64,000 nt of DNA from Octopus vulgaris (GCA_951406725.2 OX597827.1:36456001-36520000), one strand, 5' to 3'; shown: positions 26,100-40,179, counted from the first letter of the stretch. Notes: generated by a model not told the origin, from the letters alone. Program-made: numbers and translations.

Positions 26100-27900
26100 A
26101 TAATCACAGTTTAACTGATCCGTCAATACAGCGTCCAACGACACCGTCCGACAGCATCGATTTGCCTCTCCAGACGCCCGGCCGTAAGCCAGCCGACCTG
26201 TCGGAATTTATTTTGTCTCCTACTTGTAACTCATGTTTCTGTAGAATGGTGCCAACCGCCTTCATTTTGGAGACGTTCAACACTACGACCGTGGGGTCTT
26301 CCGTGTACGCCGACACTACCTCCATACCCCGTTCGAAAGGAATGCCTTTCAACTGTCTCAACATTCGCAACAGTGGCTCGAGAGCCAGTAAGTGGCGACA
26401 GCAGGCAGCCCTGGCAGACTGAGCGTATGATGCGAAATGGTTCCGATTGATGGTTGTTTACTTTGACCAGCGAGCAGGTACAACTAAACATTGCAGCGAT
26501 CCCACCTCTAAAATTGGGTCTAAACCTGTCCAATTTCAAGACAATTTCCAAGTGGTGATGATCGACCCTATCGACCCTATCGAATGGTTTCGATTGATTC
26601 CAATTGATTAGATCCCCACCATAGTCACCTTTTGTCCCAGTCCTCTCTATGATGATGAAGGTAAGAAAAACAAATAGGGAAACACTAAAAATACAACAAA
26701 GTTTTTTTAATATCGGTGACAAGGTGTTTTTCAAAATATATAAAAATGGAAGACACGGTTGGGAAGACGGAGTAGTAACAAAAAGTATAGGCAAAATGAC
26801 ATATATAATAAGAGGCGAAAAATGGGAACACAAAAGGTATTTAACCAGCTAAGAAATAGATATACGGAAAAAAGAAAAGAGATACCCATGGAAGTGTTCT
26901 ATGACACCTTTGGTGTTCCAACGTCACAAGAAATCGAACCTAATCATAGCAGCACAAGAAAGAGGGAACAAACAGAACGGTTGGAAGTAGTGCCTAAGTG
27001 GAAGAAATATTAAACTTCTCTAGGAGGAAAATTTTAAAAAGGGAGGTGTGATGAAAGAAAAATAAATAAATAAGAATGATAATAGTAACTTCCAACGGAA
27101 GTCAATATCAAAGGAGGAGATGTTGTGGCGAGAGTCATTGAAACCCTGGGGGATTGGAAGAATGGACTTGTCGAACTCTTATAAAGAGTTGAGGTCGGTA
27201 GTCGGGAGAGAGCGAAGTATGTCGTGTGAACACATTGATTTAACATCCGCTGCGTAATTCATATATCTAAAGTGTGCCAAGGATTTAAAGCTATCTCTAC
27301 CCACCAACGAAGCAAATACTCTATCTAGATACGATCTGTAAGATTCGCTGTGGTAGCTCCATGTCCACAATGGCACATCAGGGAAATACAGTCGATACCA
27401 AACAGACTACTGGAAGTTTCTGAGCTGGTTTTCGAGGATTTTGCAACCCCCCTCTACAATATACTTATTTACTAGCCCCACACAATCCATCCGTGCATCC
27501 AAAATACAATTCGAGTCCCCCATTAGTACCAAAGTGTGAGACTTTCCCAAGAATATTTCTAGGCGTCTGAAGAAATCTGGCCTTCCAGCCCCTGTCGGGA
27601 CATAAACGGCTACTAGTCTAAAGGCACCAGCTTCACTGCCGTTCACGTGCAGAACCACCACCTTACCGCCCGGGTCCAAAATGACTGCAAAGCATTTCCG
27701 GAAAAACACTGCTACCCCGTTGCCCATCCTCGACAGACCACGTGTTGAGAATATCTTGTAGTAGTCGAAAAGGCATGCTTTCTAGAAATCCTTGTCCAGC
27801 GACCTGAGATTATTGAACAAGTGAGTTTGCTTCCAAGCTGAGTCCAGGCTATTCACATTCTCATACCACACTCTGAGAACAGCCACGTTTATCGGAGAAA
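26100..27900 (-). mobile_element. Tx1/L1-clade LINE remnant (endonuclease 27250-27900, RT 26100-26640) split by a Gypsy fragment
   Basis: FRLVAVYVP..GDSNCILD and YLDRV (APE endonuclease); KPFDRVD, RSVCQGCLLSPL (RT). Confidence 0.8.
26645..27245 (+). mobile_element. Gypsy LTR retrotransposon 3' end (integrase C-terminus, PPT, LTR)
   Basis: FNIGDKVFFK..WEDGVVTKSIGKMTY..NQLR. Polypurine tract AAAAAGGGAGG at 27036-27046, then a TG...CA LTR of about 200 bp. Confidence 0.75.
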
Positions 27901-28319
27901 CAAAAAGGGGAGAAGTCTCTTTGGGTTTCAAGGTGGCCAGCTGATTCAACAGCCTCGTTGGCGGAAAAAGAATTATTGAAGGACCTTCCCAAAGGCCTTT
28001 TGTCCACCTTTAATCTAAAAAGCCCAATGTCTGCTGGATAGTTTTTTAAAGTTCCAAATAGCAGTTCATGTCAAAAGTTTTTCGCATTTCCAGCTTTAAT
28101 TCATACTTCAAACAAATTACAGACGTAAAGCGTTTATTCATCAAAATATATCTCATTATATTTTGTTATGTTGCCATTATTGTACCAGAAGCTCAATTCC
28201 TCATTTATATGGCTGGTTTAAAGGACGCCCCAACTACACCTGCTTTTATCCTCATCCACATTGTTGAACCTCCGTCTGTGCAGGAAATGAGCCATGGCTC
28301 GGAAAATGTGGTAACCTAA

Positions 28320-29172
28320 TGGTGGTAATAGTGATAATCTAATGGTTATCTAATGAGGTAATCTAAAGATCTGGAATGTAGGCATGGTTAATCAGCACTT
28401 CCGGCCTCTCCCATTCCTCAAGTTTGAGCATGGTCGTATTGGCAATGTATGCTGCGGCACTGTTATGCTGTAGGAGTGCGCATTTTCGACTGATCAATTC
28501 GGGGTAGCGGGCTTTCAGAGCATCATATACTCGCTACATAAAAGTTAGCGTTCACAGAATGACCATTTGGGATAAGCTCAAAGTGCAACACCCCATCGAA
28601 ATTCCACCAAAGATACAACATGACTTTCTGTTCAAACCGCCCTTGTTTGACAACAGGTTCTGAAGCCTGACCGGAATGAAGCCACTGGTTTTCTTTTTAG
28701 GATTACAAAAATAGATTCATTTTTTTCCTAGTTGCAATTTGACGCCTAAAACAGGCATCTCGAGGATTTGACAGCAGTCGATTGCAAATGTTCACACGTC
28801 GTTGAGCTTGGTCGTTAGTTACTTCATGAAGAGCTTCTCAACCGTGTCTGTTCATAAGATCGAGCTTATGGAGGTGTCGATTGATGATGTTTTGAGAAGG
28901 ACCAAGTTCTGCCGACAGTGTACGAGTGCTTGTGTTTGGGTGTTGTTAAATCAATTCAAGCAAGGTCTCTTTGGCCTTGGTGTGTCTTCAATGTTGATGT
29001 TACCTTCGTTGAAGAGCTTGAACCAGCTTTGTGCTACATGCTCGTTAACAGTCCCCGGGCCTTCCACATCATTAATTTTTCTCGCTACTGTCCGTGCACT
29101 CAGATTATGATGGAGATACGCGCTGCTTAAAATCATCAGTGAAAATCGGAAAAACTTTTGACTCACCTAGTA
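28320..29172 (-). mobile_element. Degraded mariner element
   Basis: ARKINDVEGPGTVNEHVAQSWFKLFNEGNINIEDTPR (HTH), MLYLWWNFDGVLHFELIPNG. TIR-like end ...aacttttgactcacctagta. Confidence 0.85.
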
Positions 29173-29689
29173 GATTTTATCTGTCTTCTCTTTTGGCCTT
29201 TAACTTTTGGTACATTCCTTTGTAAGTGTGTTTGTTTTTGCTTTGATTAATAATCGACTTTTTGACAGAAGTTCGTCGAAGCCTTCCCCTTTTGTAAGAC
29301 TGTTTGTGTTGCCTATTGTTTCTTGCATCAGCTCACTGTTGCTGTTGCTCTTTCGAACAGCAGTGTAGGTGATGAGGTATTCGGACTGTATTCTCAGTTG
29401 TATGTGACGTACTTGTTTTTTCTTCATATGTTTGTTTCTGTTTTGGTACATTCCTTTGTAACTGTGATTGTGGTTGTATACGTGTGTATTGGTCTTGTGA
29501 TTTGGTGAAAGTGTCAGTGTTGGTGTTGATATAGGTAAGGGATGGTTAAAAGGTAGATTTTATTTGTCCTGTCTTTTGGCCTTTAAGTTTTTGTTTTAGC
29601 TATTTTTTCTATTTGGGCTGCTACTTATTGAACAGAAAGGTTGTCGAAAGAGGAACTGGGGAACGAAAGATCAGCTGTTAATTGATAAA

Positions 29690-29950
29690 CTAATAATTAG
29701 AAACTACAAAAGAAGACACACACATCTAGGCATGGCATGGAGTGATTATCGTAAAGCATACAATATGATACTACACTCGTGGATAAGAAGAACTATGAAA
29801 ATATATGGAGTAGCAGAAAACATGAGATGCCTTATATGAAATGTTGGAGAAATGAATTGAGAACTGTGAATCAGGTATTAGAAGTGAACATTAAGAGAGG
29901 AATCTTCCAGAGGGACAGTGCATCCCTATTAATCTTTGTGCTCTCCTGAA
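29690..29950 (+). mobile_element. R4/Dong-like RT fragment
   Basis: LGMAW..YRKAY..., IKRGIFQRDSASLLIFV. Confidence 0.65.
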
Positions 29951-30939
29951 AACACTAAATTGAAGAATTACTTGATTACGGTAAATTCTGCATTTTGTAA
30001 AGCAAAGTGTGATATTTAGAACGAGTTAAAAAATTGACATATCTTGAAGTTTGTCATCTTGACTTTATACCAAAGTTGATTTGATTTCTAAACAATATTT
30101 TCATGGGGGCCCTTAGAACAGGAAGTAAGAATCAAGACTCAGGATTGACTAATCTAGTCCAAATCTGCATTATAAATTGTTAACACTTGATTTGATTTTC
30201 AGATTATATAAAATTTTAAGCAGGCAATGTCTGTTACTAATAGGTTAAAATTCAAGGGAGATTAGCAGAGTAGGTAGTACATACTGACATAAATGATCGC
30301 AATACTCTCAATACTGTTGCCTGCAACTTTGCGAAAGAGTTGCCGACAAATTATTTTCATTCAAAATACTTTGCTATTCCAAGGGTGATTCTGGCGCTTC
30401 ATGCAAAAATAGCAAGAACTTTATGAATTTGAGTTTCCCCAAGGAAAAACTAGATTACAAGGAAAGTGGCAATTGTTTTGAATCTTCTCAAGGGAAAAAA
30501 ACTTAGTGATGGTGTTAGGAGTGTATTAAAATGTTTGGTTACCCATGGAAGAAAGTTGAAAATAGTCATGCTACAGGTCTTTTATTAGGCTAGAACCAAC
30601 ACATGTACAAGTATGTAAACATACAGGCAAATGTGCATACACAGATACTTTAAACACACATACAGACGCATATATAAATATATACGTTACACTTTTGCAT
30701 ATACACTTCAATGCACATTAATACACATACACATATAATATATTATACACATACAAACATTTTGATCAACACTAAGGATATTTTCTTTCAATCCGCCGGC
30801 ATATAATATTTTTCTTTTTACTAAAGTTGATAAAATGAAATACTACTCAAGTTCGTATATTCGATAAAATCAACTGTATTTCAAACTGAATATCAGAATT
30901 TGTGTCTGGATGTGAGAGGACACTGCGTATGTGTGTGTA

Positions 30940-31018
<79 letters not shown>

Positions 31019-31699
31019 ATACGTATGCATGAACGCATGTATGTGTGATTTCCATTGTTGATGAAAAAAAAATTATACAAAGTATGGAGCATGCAGTAGC
31101 GTTTGTTAATATAGCAATAATAGTAATGAATATTGCAAACTAGAAACAGCATATTTGTGTGTTTAAGAATGTGCTGTGTATTGCTTATGTTTTATGTGTA
31201 TTGTGTGTGTACGGATGTCGTGTGTATGTATATGTGTGTAGGTTTGTAAGTATGTGTTGTTCTTTACATCAATGTTTATGTTTCATTGATGTACGATATT
31301 TGTATCTGACGATAAATAACGAGTGAGCTAGTTTTTAAGGCGATATCGAATATCTGAAGTAGCAGAGGTGAAAGATAAACGAAATAAATACTCCAGGGAA
31401 ATACAAACAAATTAGGATTGATATGTAAGGTTTTCAGGGGAGAAGACAGTATATTAATAGTAGAAGAGGGACATAAAAAGGCTCGATTAAATTAAGTACA
31501 CAACTAAAACCTTCAAATAAACAAACGTATACGTCTCTTGAATATATACACACGCACACAGACGCACACACACACATATAGACATATGTGTAATGTGTGT
31601 ACATATTTGTGTTTGTGAGTATGTATGTATATATGTATGTATGTATATATGTATGAATGTATATATGCATCTATGTATGTATGTATGTATGTATGTATG

Positions 31700-31733
<34 letters not shown>

Positions 31734-32169
31734 TTTATGTATGTACGTACGTACGTATGTATGTATGTATGTATGTATGTATGTATGTATGTATGTATGT
31801 GTATAAATGAAATCTACTCTTTATATGAAAACTTTTTGATTTAATTCATTAATAATACGTGATTCTCCGAATCCGACAACTAAGCTAATCTCCGCAAACA
31901 GGGATTAAAGGTGATTAACATCGACGGTGTGGGTTGTAGAGAACTGGCCGTTATAACCGAATGGTTTATCAAGTCAGGGATCCATTAGTTAAACAGCCAA
32001 AGGAGAACAAAGAGAAGGTAGTAGGGTGGTAACTGGCAGTTGGTGGCGGTGTAAAAAGAGAGAAAGCGAGATACAGGTATGTGTGTATGTTGTGTATATT
32101 CCAGATACGTAAGATATATATGATATATGATGTGTGTGTGTGTGTGTTTTGTCTTCATTGCTATATTCT

Positions 32170-33320
32170 TGTGAGACCTAGGTTACTTATCGGAGACATG
32201 TAAAGAGGCAGGAATGAGTTCATCAAAAGTTTCTCCGCCATATATTGAATAGCTGACGGCAAATGTAAGTGGCGTTGAAGCCTTCGAACGCAGTCACTGT
32301 ATCAATATAAAGTCTCTAGTATTTCAGTTCCATGTGGTCTCGTGCAAGACACCAGCTCAACGTAAAGGATTTTTTTCTAGAATTCGAATGGGATGGCTTG
32401 TCCAGCGGAATCTGTGTTTATAGATGTGAGATTCAATGCTGAGGGTATCAGCATTTTCGAGTACCTCAGAATTAGACGTATGTTTACTCCTGCGAAATTC
32501 TACTATTACTCCAGCATCGTTTGTAAAACTACTTTAGGATTTTGAGGTGTTTGCGGTAGACAGCCCAAGTTTCTCAAGTGTAAAGCAGTATCGAAAGGAT
32601 GCACGTATCATATATTGCAATGTTTTGCACTCGCCAGATGTCGAAGATAGTCTACAAAAACGTATTCCTCCATCCATCCATCTTCCTCACTCACTATGTC
32701 TAGGAGGGCCGTGGGCATAAAGCCCTCTGGCACTCTTTCATAGGTCCTCCTGAAAGCAACATCATTAGAATTTCGGCAAGATTCTCAAGCGTGACAAACT
32801 GAGACTATGAATATTACCCAACCTTCTAGTTCATAGTCTATCCCTAGATCTCCCGAAGTTTGGATCGACTTGAAGAATTTGTCTTGCGAGTCTTTCCTGC
32901 AACATCTAAGAAATGGAAAAAACATTTCGTTGAGGTGTTGAATAGAGAATCGAAAGTAGACACATATCTATATCGAAAATATTCAGCGGAGATCAATTAT
33001 CTACTCTCTTAATGACCCACCTACGATACATGTAGTACAAATAGGTATTAAGAAACTCAGTCACAGAAAGCTGCGGGAAAAGACTGACTTCCTGTAGAGA
33101 TTTATAAATTTAGTGATAAAGGATTAGAAAAAATCAAGCGTGAGTTACTTTTGGAATTATAGTGGGAAGGTTAAGTACCAAAGAACTGGAAAGCAGTCAT
33201 AATAATACCGTTATATTAAAACAAATGTTTATGAGATGATTGCGGAAATGATAGTGGAACAGCACTGCGTTGTGTGGCAGGAAAGATACCCGTTAGCTGA
33301 ATTAACCGATTAATAGAAAC
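32170..33320 (+). mobile_element. Degraded RTE-clade LINE fragment
   Basis: KAAGKD*LPVEIYK and PKNWKAVIIIPLY..DCGN..G.ALRCVAGKI (RT domains 0-2). Confidence 0.7.
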
Positions 33321-33374
33321 TCTTTCTTTTACATCTTCCTCACTTTATACATACTTATACATACGCTCATATAC

Positions 33375-34148
33375 ACTGTCTTGCTGCTAGGGGTTTACAA
33401 CCATCTGCACTATTTCTTGGTCAGAATAATGACGAACAACAGCTGCATTTTCACTTGATCGCTTTTCACCATTCACGGCACGAAGCTTTAACCCATGCCA
33501 ATCCTTGAAACGCTGCACCCAGCCTTCATTGTAATCACACTCGTATTCCAGTCTGAGTTCTTCGTGGAATGTTTTTGCTTTATCTTTCACAAGATCACTT
33601 GACAGCTCCACACCTTCACTTTCACGCAATCTAAATCACTTCATCAATGCGTGATCTAGTTCTACACTTAAACCAGCCTTCATTGTTTTCTTTTTACACA
33701 CATGCTCCTTTGACACAGCAAAGAAACGGAGTAATTGATCTTTCTGTGTTTTTTTTATGTCGTAAACTGTCGAAGATCCAACGTTGTATAATTCACACAA
33801 ACTTTTCACAAACACACCACTGTCAAGTTTTATCAACAGTTCAACTTTTTCTTTTATGGACAATATACGGTGTTTACGCTTTACACCACGAGAACCATGG
33901 CTTCCTTTATGCATTGGAACCATGGCTGGGGCTAAAAGTGAAAAAGGTATAATAATAAACGAAAAAGAAAAAAAAACTACAAATGATGCGAGAGTGTTTA
34001 TACAGCAAGTAGCGCCAACAAATCGTAGCGGGCGGTTGGTGCGACGACCTGGGCAATTTGAAAGTATTTGAAATCTTTCTTGCCGAAATTAGTGCTGAAT
34101 TACTGACTGAACCAGATTACAGACTTCCTGATTAATGATTGTGAACTG
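33375..34148 (-). mobile_element. Tigger/pogo-like element, 5' part (CENP-B HTH)
   Basis: KRKHRILSIKEKVELL...VGSSTVYDIKK and GWVQRFKDWHGL. Terminus TA|CAGTT. Confidence 0.85.
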
Positions 34149-34200
34149 TATATGTATGTATGTATGTGTATATATATATATATATATATAAATATATACA

Positions 34201-34271
<71 letters not shown>

Positions 34272-34439
34272 GTATATTAATGACCGGGCTCCAACCTGGG
34301 CGGCAGCAGCAGAGTCCATCCGCAGCACTTCTCGGTCCAACATCACTGTCTCGAGGTCCTGGTTAGATCGCAGGCCAGTGTCTTGCGATCAAGTCGTCGA
34401 TGTAGGTCAATTTTCAAGCGTATGTCATTCCAGAAGTAC

Positions 34440-34690
34440 TAGTTCCTGCTATTGAAAAAAAAAACCTACGAGAAGACCAGAGCTCGTGTGTTATTTGACG
34501 GAGAAACGGAATTTTTTCAATTATTAGTTGGGGCGCTACAAGGAGACACGCTTGCACCTTACTTGTTTGCAGTTGTATGGAATTATGCAGTGCGACAGTC
34601 TATAGACAACAGTGACGAAGACCTTGGTTTCATTATTGACCGGCAAAGATGGTGGAGAATACCAGCAGTAACCATCACATACCTGGATAC
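34440..34690 (+). mobile_element. RTE/RTE-X-like RT fragment
   Basis: DGETEFFQLLVGALQGDTLAPYLF. Confidence 0.75.
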
Positions 34691-35329
34691 TGAGTACAGT
34701 ATAAAGAGGAGGATTTTAGAGAAATGTAAAGCATACTTCCATAGCAGCAGGAAGTGAAGATTATGTGTGACTGGGAAAAGAGCGATATTAAAGAGCTCTC
34801 AACACCCAGGCATCTACTTGAAGAGCAGAAATGAAATTTTTAATCCTTGTCACATGAAAGGATGTACATCCTATCATATCTTCATGCTCTATCATGATTA
34901 TAATCACCAGTCCCCCAGCTTTGGCCCCCCACCAATACCTGGGAATCCGGCAAAGAATTTGACTAGAGCATGCACAAATGCACTTACAAACACACACCCC
35001 CTATCACGGCAGACATCCACGCAGCTGACCCTTTTCCACCACTCCGATATAAACCCCCACACGTATTGTATCTCTACACACACTCCGTGCATACATAAAT
35101 GACCCAAGAATTTAACCAAAGATTTTAATCAAAGCAAAAGAAAGAAAACACAATAACGAACACAGATGCGTATACTGCCTATGCCCTCCCCTGAAACGCT
35201 ACACAAATAGTACCATTACACACATTCCATTTCTACAAGAACACCAACCTTAAAGATACACACATTTCCTATACACTCTTTCTCAAAAACTCTTGTCGCC
35301 TTGCAACAGAGACGGTGTTTTTGTACCAA

Positions 35330-35836
35330 GAGACTTAACTCTTAACTTGCTCGTTTCATTTCATCGTCTTTTTCACAGCAACCACAGATGTGTCTGTTCA
35401 CCTCCAGCAATAGCGAAGAGTCGCCATATTTAATTTCACAACTGCCATCTCTGAAGAGCGCAGAGTTACATAATCGGACATTTACCTAACATTCCGTTGG
35501 ATCACTAGTGCGAAACCAATCGGTAAGATCGGCCGTAATGGATCAATGCGTGATGTAGTTCTACACTTATACCAGCCTTCATTGTTTTCCTTTTACACAC
35601 TCGTTCCTTTGATACACTGTCAGCAAAGAAACGGAGTAACTGGTATTTCTGTTTTTTTTTTTATAAATCAACATAAGTTTCTGCCGTTTTTAAACTATAC
35701 ACATAAACCTGACACAACCACCTGCATCTACTGTGCAGTATTTCAATAACAAAAAATATTTCAATAAAACGCGATAACTGTCCTTTAGCTTATTTTCCAT
35801 ATTTCGAATATTTGTGATAATTCAATTAATTACTGT
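35330..35836 (-). mobile_element. Second Tigger-like fragment related to 33375-34148
   Basis: 35544-35660 matches 33644-33760 (caatgcgtgat.tagttctacactta.accagccttcattgtttt). Confidence 0.6.
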
Positions 35837-36000
35837 ATCACGCAGCTTTTGCTTCGATCAGTTGTTTTCCAAGAAACGGTTTTCGATCACTTCTTACATA
35901 ATATACTCGTACACACATACATACATACATCCATACGCACACACACACGTATATACACGCACGCACACACACACATATAATGTATGTATATATTAATAAT

Positions 36001-36292
36001 GGAGGCGCAATGGCCCAGTGGTTAGGACAGCGGACTCGCGGTTTCGATTCCCAGACCAGGCGTCGTGAGTGTTTATTGAGCGAAAACACCTAAAAGCTCT
36101 ACGAGGCTCCGGCAGGGGGTGGTGATCCCTGCTGTACTCTTTCACCACTCTTTCTCCCACTCTTTCTTCTGTTGGTCTGCTCGCTTAGCCAGCGGGGTGG
36201 CGTCATTCGAAGGCTAAAACAATGCGAACGCATTGTGACCAGCGATGTGTAACTACATCTGATGGACTGGTCGGTCACGTGATCACGTGATA
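36001..36292 (+). mobile_element. tRNA-derived SINE, near full length
   Basis: A box tggcccagtgg, B box gtttcgattcc, gtcacgtgatcacgtga tail. Inverted sibling at 40380-40650. Confidence 0.85.
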
Positions 36293-36398
36293 TTAATAAT
36301 AATAATAATATGACAACAAAAGAATGAATGAGACCTCGATATCATGTAAATAGATGAATTTATCTATAATATCTATGTGACAATTAGTCGGTTGCCAT

Positions 36399-36459
36399 AA
36401 TAAAACTCAGAGTTTCGGATGTTGGGGCGGAATTCTGCTCCAGCATCTCGTCAGTTATT
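36399..36459 (-). ncRNA. Type I hammerhead motif (CUGACGA core)
   Basis: aataa-CTGACGA-gatgctggagcagaattccgccccaacatcc-GAAA-CTCtGAG-TT-ttatt. 5-bp stem I and a long imperfect stem II. Confidence 0.65.
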
Positions 36460-36859
36460 GAGGCAAACAAAAAAGCTATGAGAATGACCGTTAAATAAAG
36501 GGAAATTTACCCGAATAGGGGAAAAAGTAAAAATACTCGAAGAAGGTAAATCCACGCTCATAGAATCCGCGTATGCGCGCATGTACATACACACACATGC
36601 GTGCAGGCACACCCACGTGCATGTGCACATATGCCTATGCACACTCGCGTCAAACACATACATGCACACGCACACACACACACCTATATGTGTACATATA
36701 TATATACATCCATACACATGTACACATATACATACCCGCGCACACGCACACACTCACGTAGATGTACCCATACGCGCACTATTATGTTCATATACACGTC
36801 TTTATACGCACATGCACAAATATACAGGGTGAAAGGTAATGTACAAGCAGACAGACAGT

Positions 36860-36949
<90 letters not shown>

Positions 36950-37208
36950 TTTAAAATAAGGGTGAAAAATTAGATATTAATTTAATTAACATCGATTTCA
37001 CACCAGTGGTCTAACATAAAAAAACTGAAGATTCAGTAAAACTGTTTTACATATATTAGAGGGAAACCACTATGTGGACACCCATATGCTAGAAATAGAT
37101 CCGCTACGGTCTCACCACCAAGAACATTTCTTGAGAACATTTCTTGGTGGTGAGACCGTAGGGGATCTATTTCTAGCATATGGGTGTCCACATAGTGGTT
37201 TCCCTCTA

Positions 37209-37261
<53 letters not shown>

Positions 37262-37584
37262 CCAGTGTGCCTAGCTAGCTACAGAGAGAATGAGATAGAG
37301 AGTGATTTGTGGATGATACGAAGTGAGGAAGTAAAAGTGGGAAAAGGTAAATAGAAATGGAGGTATTTTTCGTTGTCAACAAGCAGACGTTATATTTGAA
37401 TTATTGTAATTGCTGGTTTCTTCACGATTAGCAGTCAAAACCCCGCCCACTCAAGATGGGTGTGTTCACACGGCATAAACTGAAATAACACAAAATGTGT
37501 GACTCAGTGCGCGCGCGCGTGGTGTGTGTATGCGTGTGCGTTTGTTTGTGTGCGCGCGCGTGCTCTAGTATCGATTACACATTA

Positions 37585-38861
37585 TATCAGGTCATCCCAT
37601 AAGTTCTGTCCGAATTTTGAATAAAGAATACAAATGATCAAATGTTATATTTAATTGATATTTAATCATCACTTTCCCTGATTATTTATGACTTCCTTCC
37701 ATCTATTTACAAACTTTTTAATCTCATCAATGTAAATTACGTTTAGTTTCAAAGCGAACAACTTTGAAATGTCGGTTTCGACCTCCTCCTGACTTGCGAA
37801 AGTTATGTCCCCAAATGATTCTGTAAACTACGAAACAAATGGTAGTTTGAAGGAGCAAGGTCGGGAGAATCAGGTGGATGAGGAATTTTTTCCCAGCCTA
37901 GCTCTTCGATCTTCTGTGATGTGATTCTTGCAGTGTGGGGTCGCGCATTGTCCTGATGAAAACCCCTCCTTTTCGATTCACTAAAGCGGGTCGTTTTTCT
38001 TCAAGGTATGGTTCAAACGCTCTAATTGCTGAGAGTAGATTTGAGCATTGATTGTTGCATTAGGTGGTAACAATTCAAAGTGAATTACTCCTTTGCAATC
38101 CCACCAGATATAGAGAAGAACCTTTTTTCCATGAAGTTCCCTTCTCGGTTGTGGTTGAGCTTTTTCCTTTTACCAAGCCACTGTTAATGACGTTTAACAT
38201 TTCGATAGAAGATCCATTTTTCGTCACCATTCAGAAGTCTATCCAAAAAGGGTGAAATGAGTTCACGAGAATGGAAAGAAGAGTAGATGTCAATTCGGGA
38301 TTTGCGGTTGCTTTGGGACAATTAATGAGGCACCCAATTTCCAAGTTTATGAACCTTTCCAAGTTGTTGAAGATGTCGATGAACAGTTGTATGGTTTGAA
38401 CTAAGCTTTATTGCCAATTCTTCAACTGATAATGCAGGATTTTCTTCAAGTAATGCCTCAAAGAGCTTATCATCAAACTCAACTGGACGTCCTGTTCAAT
38501 CTTTATCTTCAAGGCTGAAATCTCCACTTCTGGATTTTACAAACCATCTTCTGCAACTTCTTTCATTCAAGCACTTTTTTCCATAAGCTCAGTGTATGTT
38601 TCGAGTCGCTTCGGTTGCAGAGTTTCCTTTTTTGTACTCATAAAGCATTATGTGCCTTAAATGCTCTTTGGATAATTCCATGTTAGAAAGGGTTTTAAAA
38701 AAAGAAATTTTAATTCTATTATTCTGTAAATTAATATTTAATTAGTTTAAATGTACATAAATGCATAAGAATAATTTGAAATTCCATTAGACATTCTAAA
38801 ACACTATTAAATTTCATTCAATTTTAAAAACGGTAAAATCATACAGAACTTATGGGATGAC

Positions 38862-38867
<6 letters not shown>
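37585..38867 (-). mobile_element. Full-length mariner transposon, transposase pseudogenised
   Basis: TIRs TATCAGGTCATCCCATAAGTTCTGT at both ends, TA flanks, about 1.28 kb. Motifs [33 protein letters not shown]. Confidence 0.95.
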
Positions 38868-38919
<52 letters not shown>

Positions 38920-39435
38920 TAGGGCTGAGGGATTTCTTTTAGTTTTAGTTTACGAAATACACTCACAAGGCTTTGGTCAACCTAATAGAAGACACTGCCT
39001 AAGGTGCTACTCAGTGGGATTGAATCCGGAATCATGTGGCTGGGAAGCAAAGTTCTGCCACATAACCCCGCTTGCGCCTCTATATATGTACACACATATA
39101 TATAAAACGAAAATGAATTAACAAAAGTAACACAGAAAGGCGACTAAAGATATTTTAGATAATATGCAACATAAACTTTTGATTTATCGAAAATATCACA
39201 TCCTGAAGCGGTGGTACAACAATCGCTAGGTGGCATCGAGGACTGACACTTAAAATGAGAAGTGAGGGGTATAGGATCAAGAATCAGAAATTCTTCAACA
39301 TTGATATTCCATTAAAGAAAAACAATGTTGAGACACGAGATCATTAATGGGCATGTGTTTCTGTCACAATAAGTGTCATCAGATCTGCAGTTAACTTAAC
39401 TTGTCTTACATTGTACGAGATTCTTAAATACAAAG

Positions 39436-39515
<80 letters not shown>

Positions 39516-39643
39516 GGAGTAAACACATAAATGTGAAACAAGTTGGAAAAAAGAGTACTCAAATACTAGTGGTAGAGTAATATGCTTTATTTAAAGCAGC
39601 AGAAAATTCAACAAAACCTGTTACTCTGTTATTCTAGCAAAAA

Positions 39644-39681
39644 CTGTCCGATGAACGGCAACGGGAAACTAAGAGTAACAG
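39644..39681 (+). ncRNA. Type I hammerhead motif (CCGAUGA core), copy 1
   Basis: ctgt-CCGATGA-acggcaacgg-GAAA-ctaagag-TA-acag. Confidence 0.55.
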
Positions 39682-39858
39682 GTTTTGTTGAATTTTCTGG
39701 TGCTTTAAATAAAGTATATATATATTTCTTTACTACCCACAAGGGGCGAAACACAGAGGGCGAAACACATATTTCAAGGAGAGACAAACGGATAAAGTCA
39801 TTTACATCGATCTCAGTGCGTAACTGGTACTTAATTTATCGACCCCTAAAGGATGAAA

Positions 39859-39996
<138 letters not shown>

Positions 39997-40065
39997 TTCG
40001 CCCCGTGTGGGTAGTAAAGAAATATATATATACTTTATTTAAAGCACCAGAAAATTCAACAAAAC

Positions 40066-40103
40066 CTGTTACTCTTAGTTTCCCGTTGCCGTTCATCGGA
40101 CAG
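40066..40103 (-). ncRNA. Type I hammerhead motif (CCGAUGA core), inverted copy 2
   Basis: Exact reverse complement of 39644-39681. Confidence 0.55.
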
Positions 40104-40139
40104 TTTTTGCTGGAATAACAGAATAACAGAAGCCTGTCG

Positions 40140-40172
<33 letters not shown>

Positions 40173-40179
40173 TTGTGTG

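Noticed and set aside
33387-33923. CENP-B/TIGD-like ORFs as a domesticated gene
   Set aside because: Interrupted by a stop, lacks a DDE domain, and retains a TIR, so it is a decayed Tigger copy.
36001-36075. tRNA gene
   Set aside because: The tRNA-like head continues into a SINE body with a sibling copy, and there is no complete cloverleaf.
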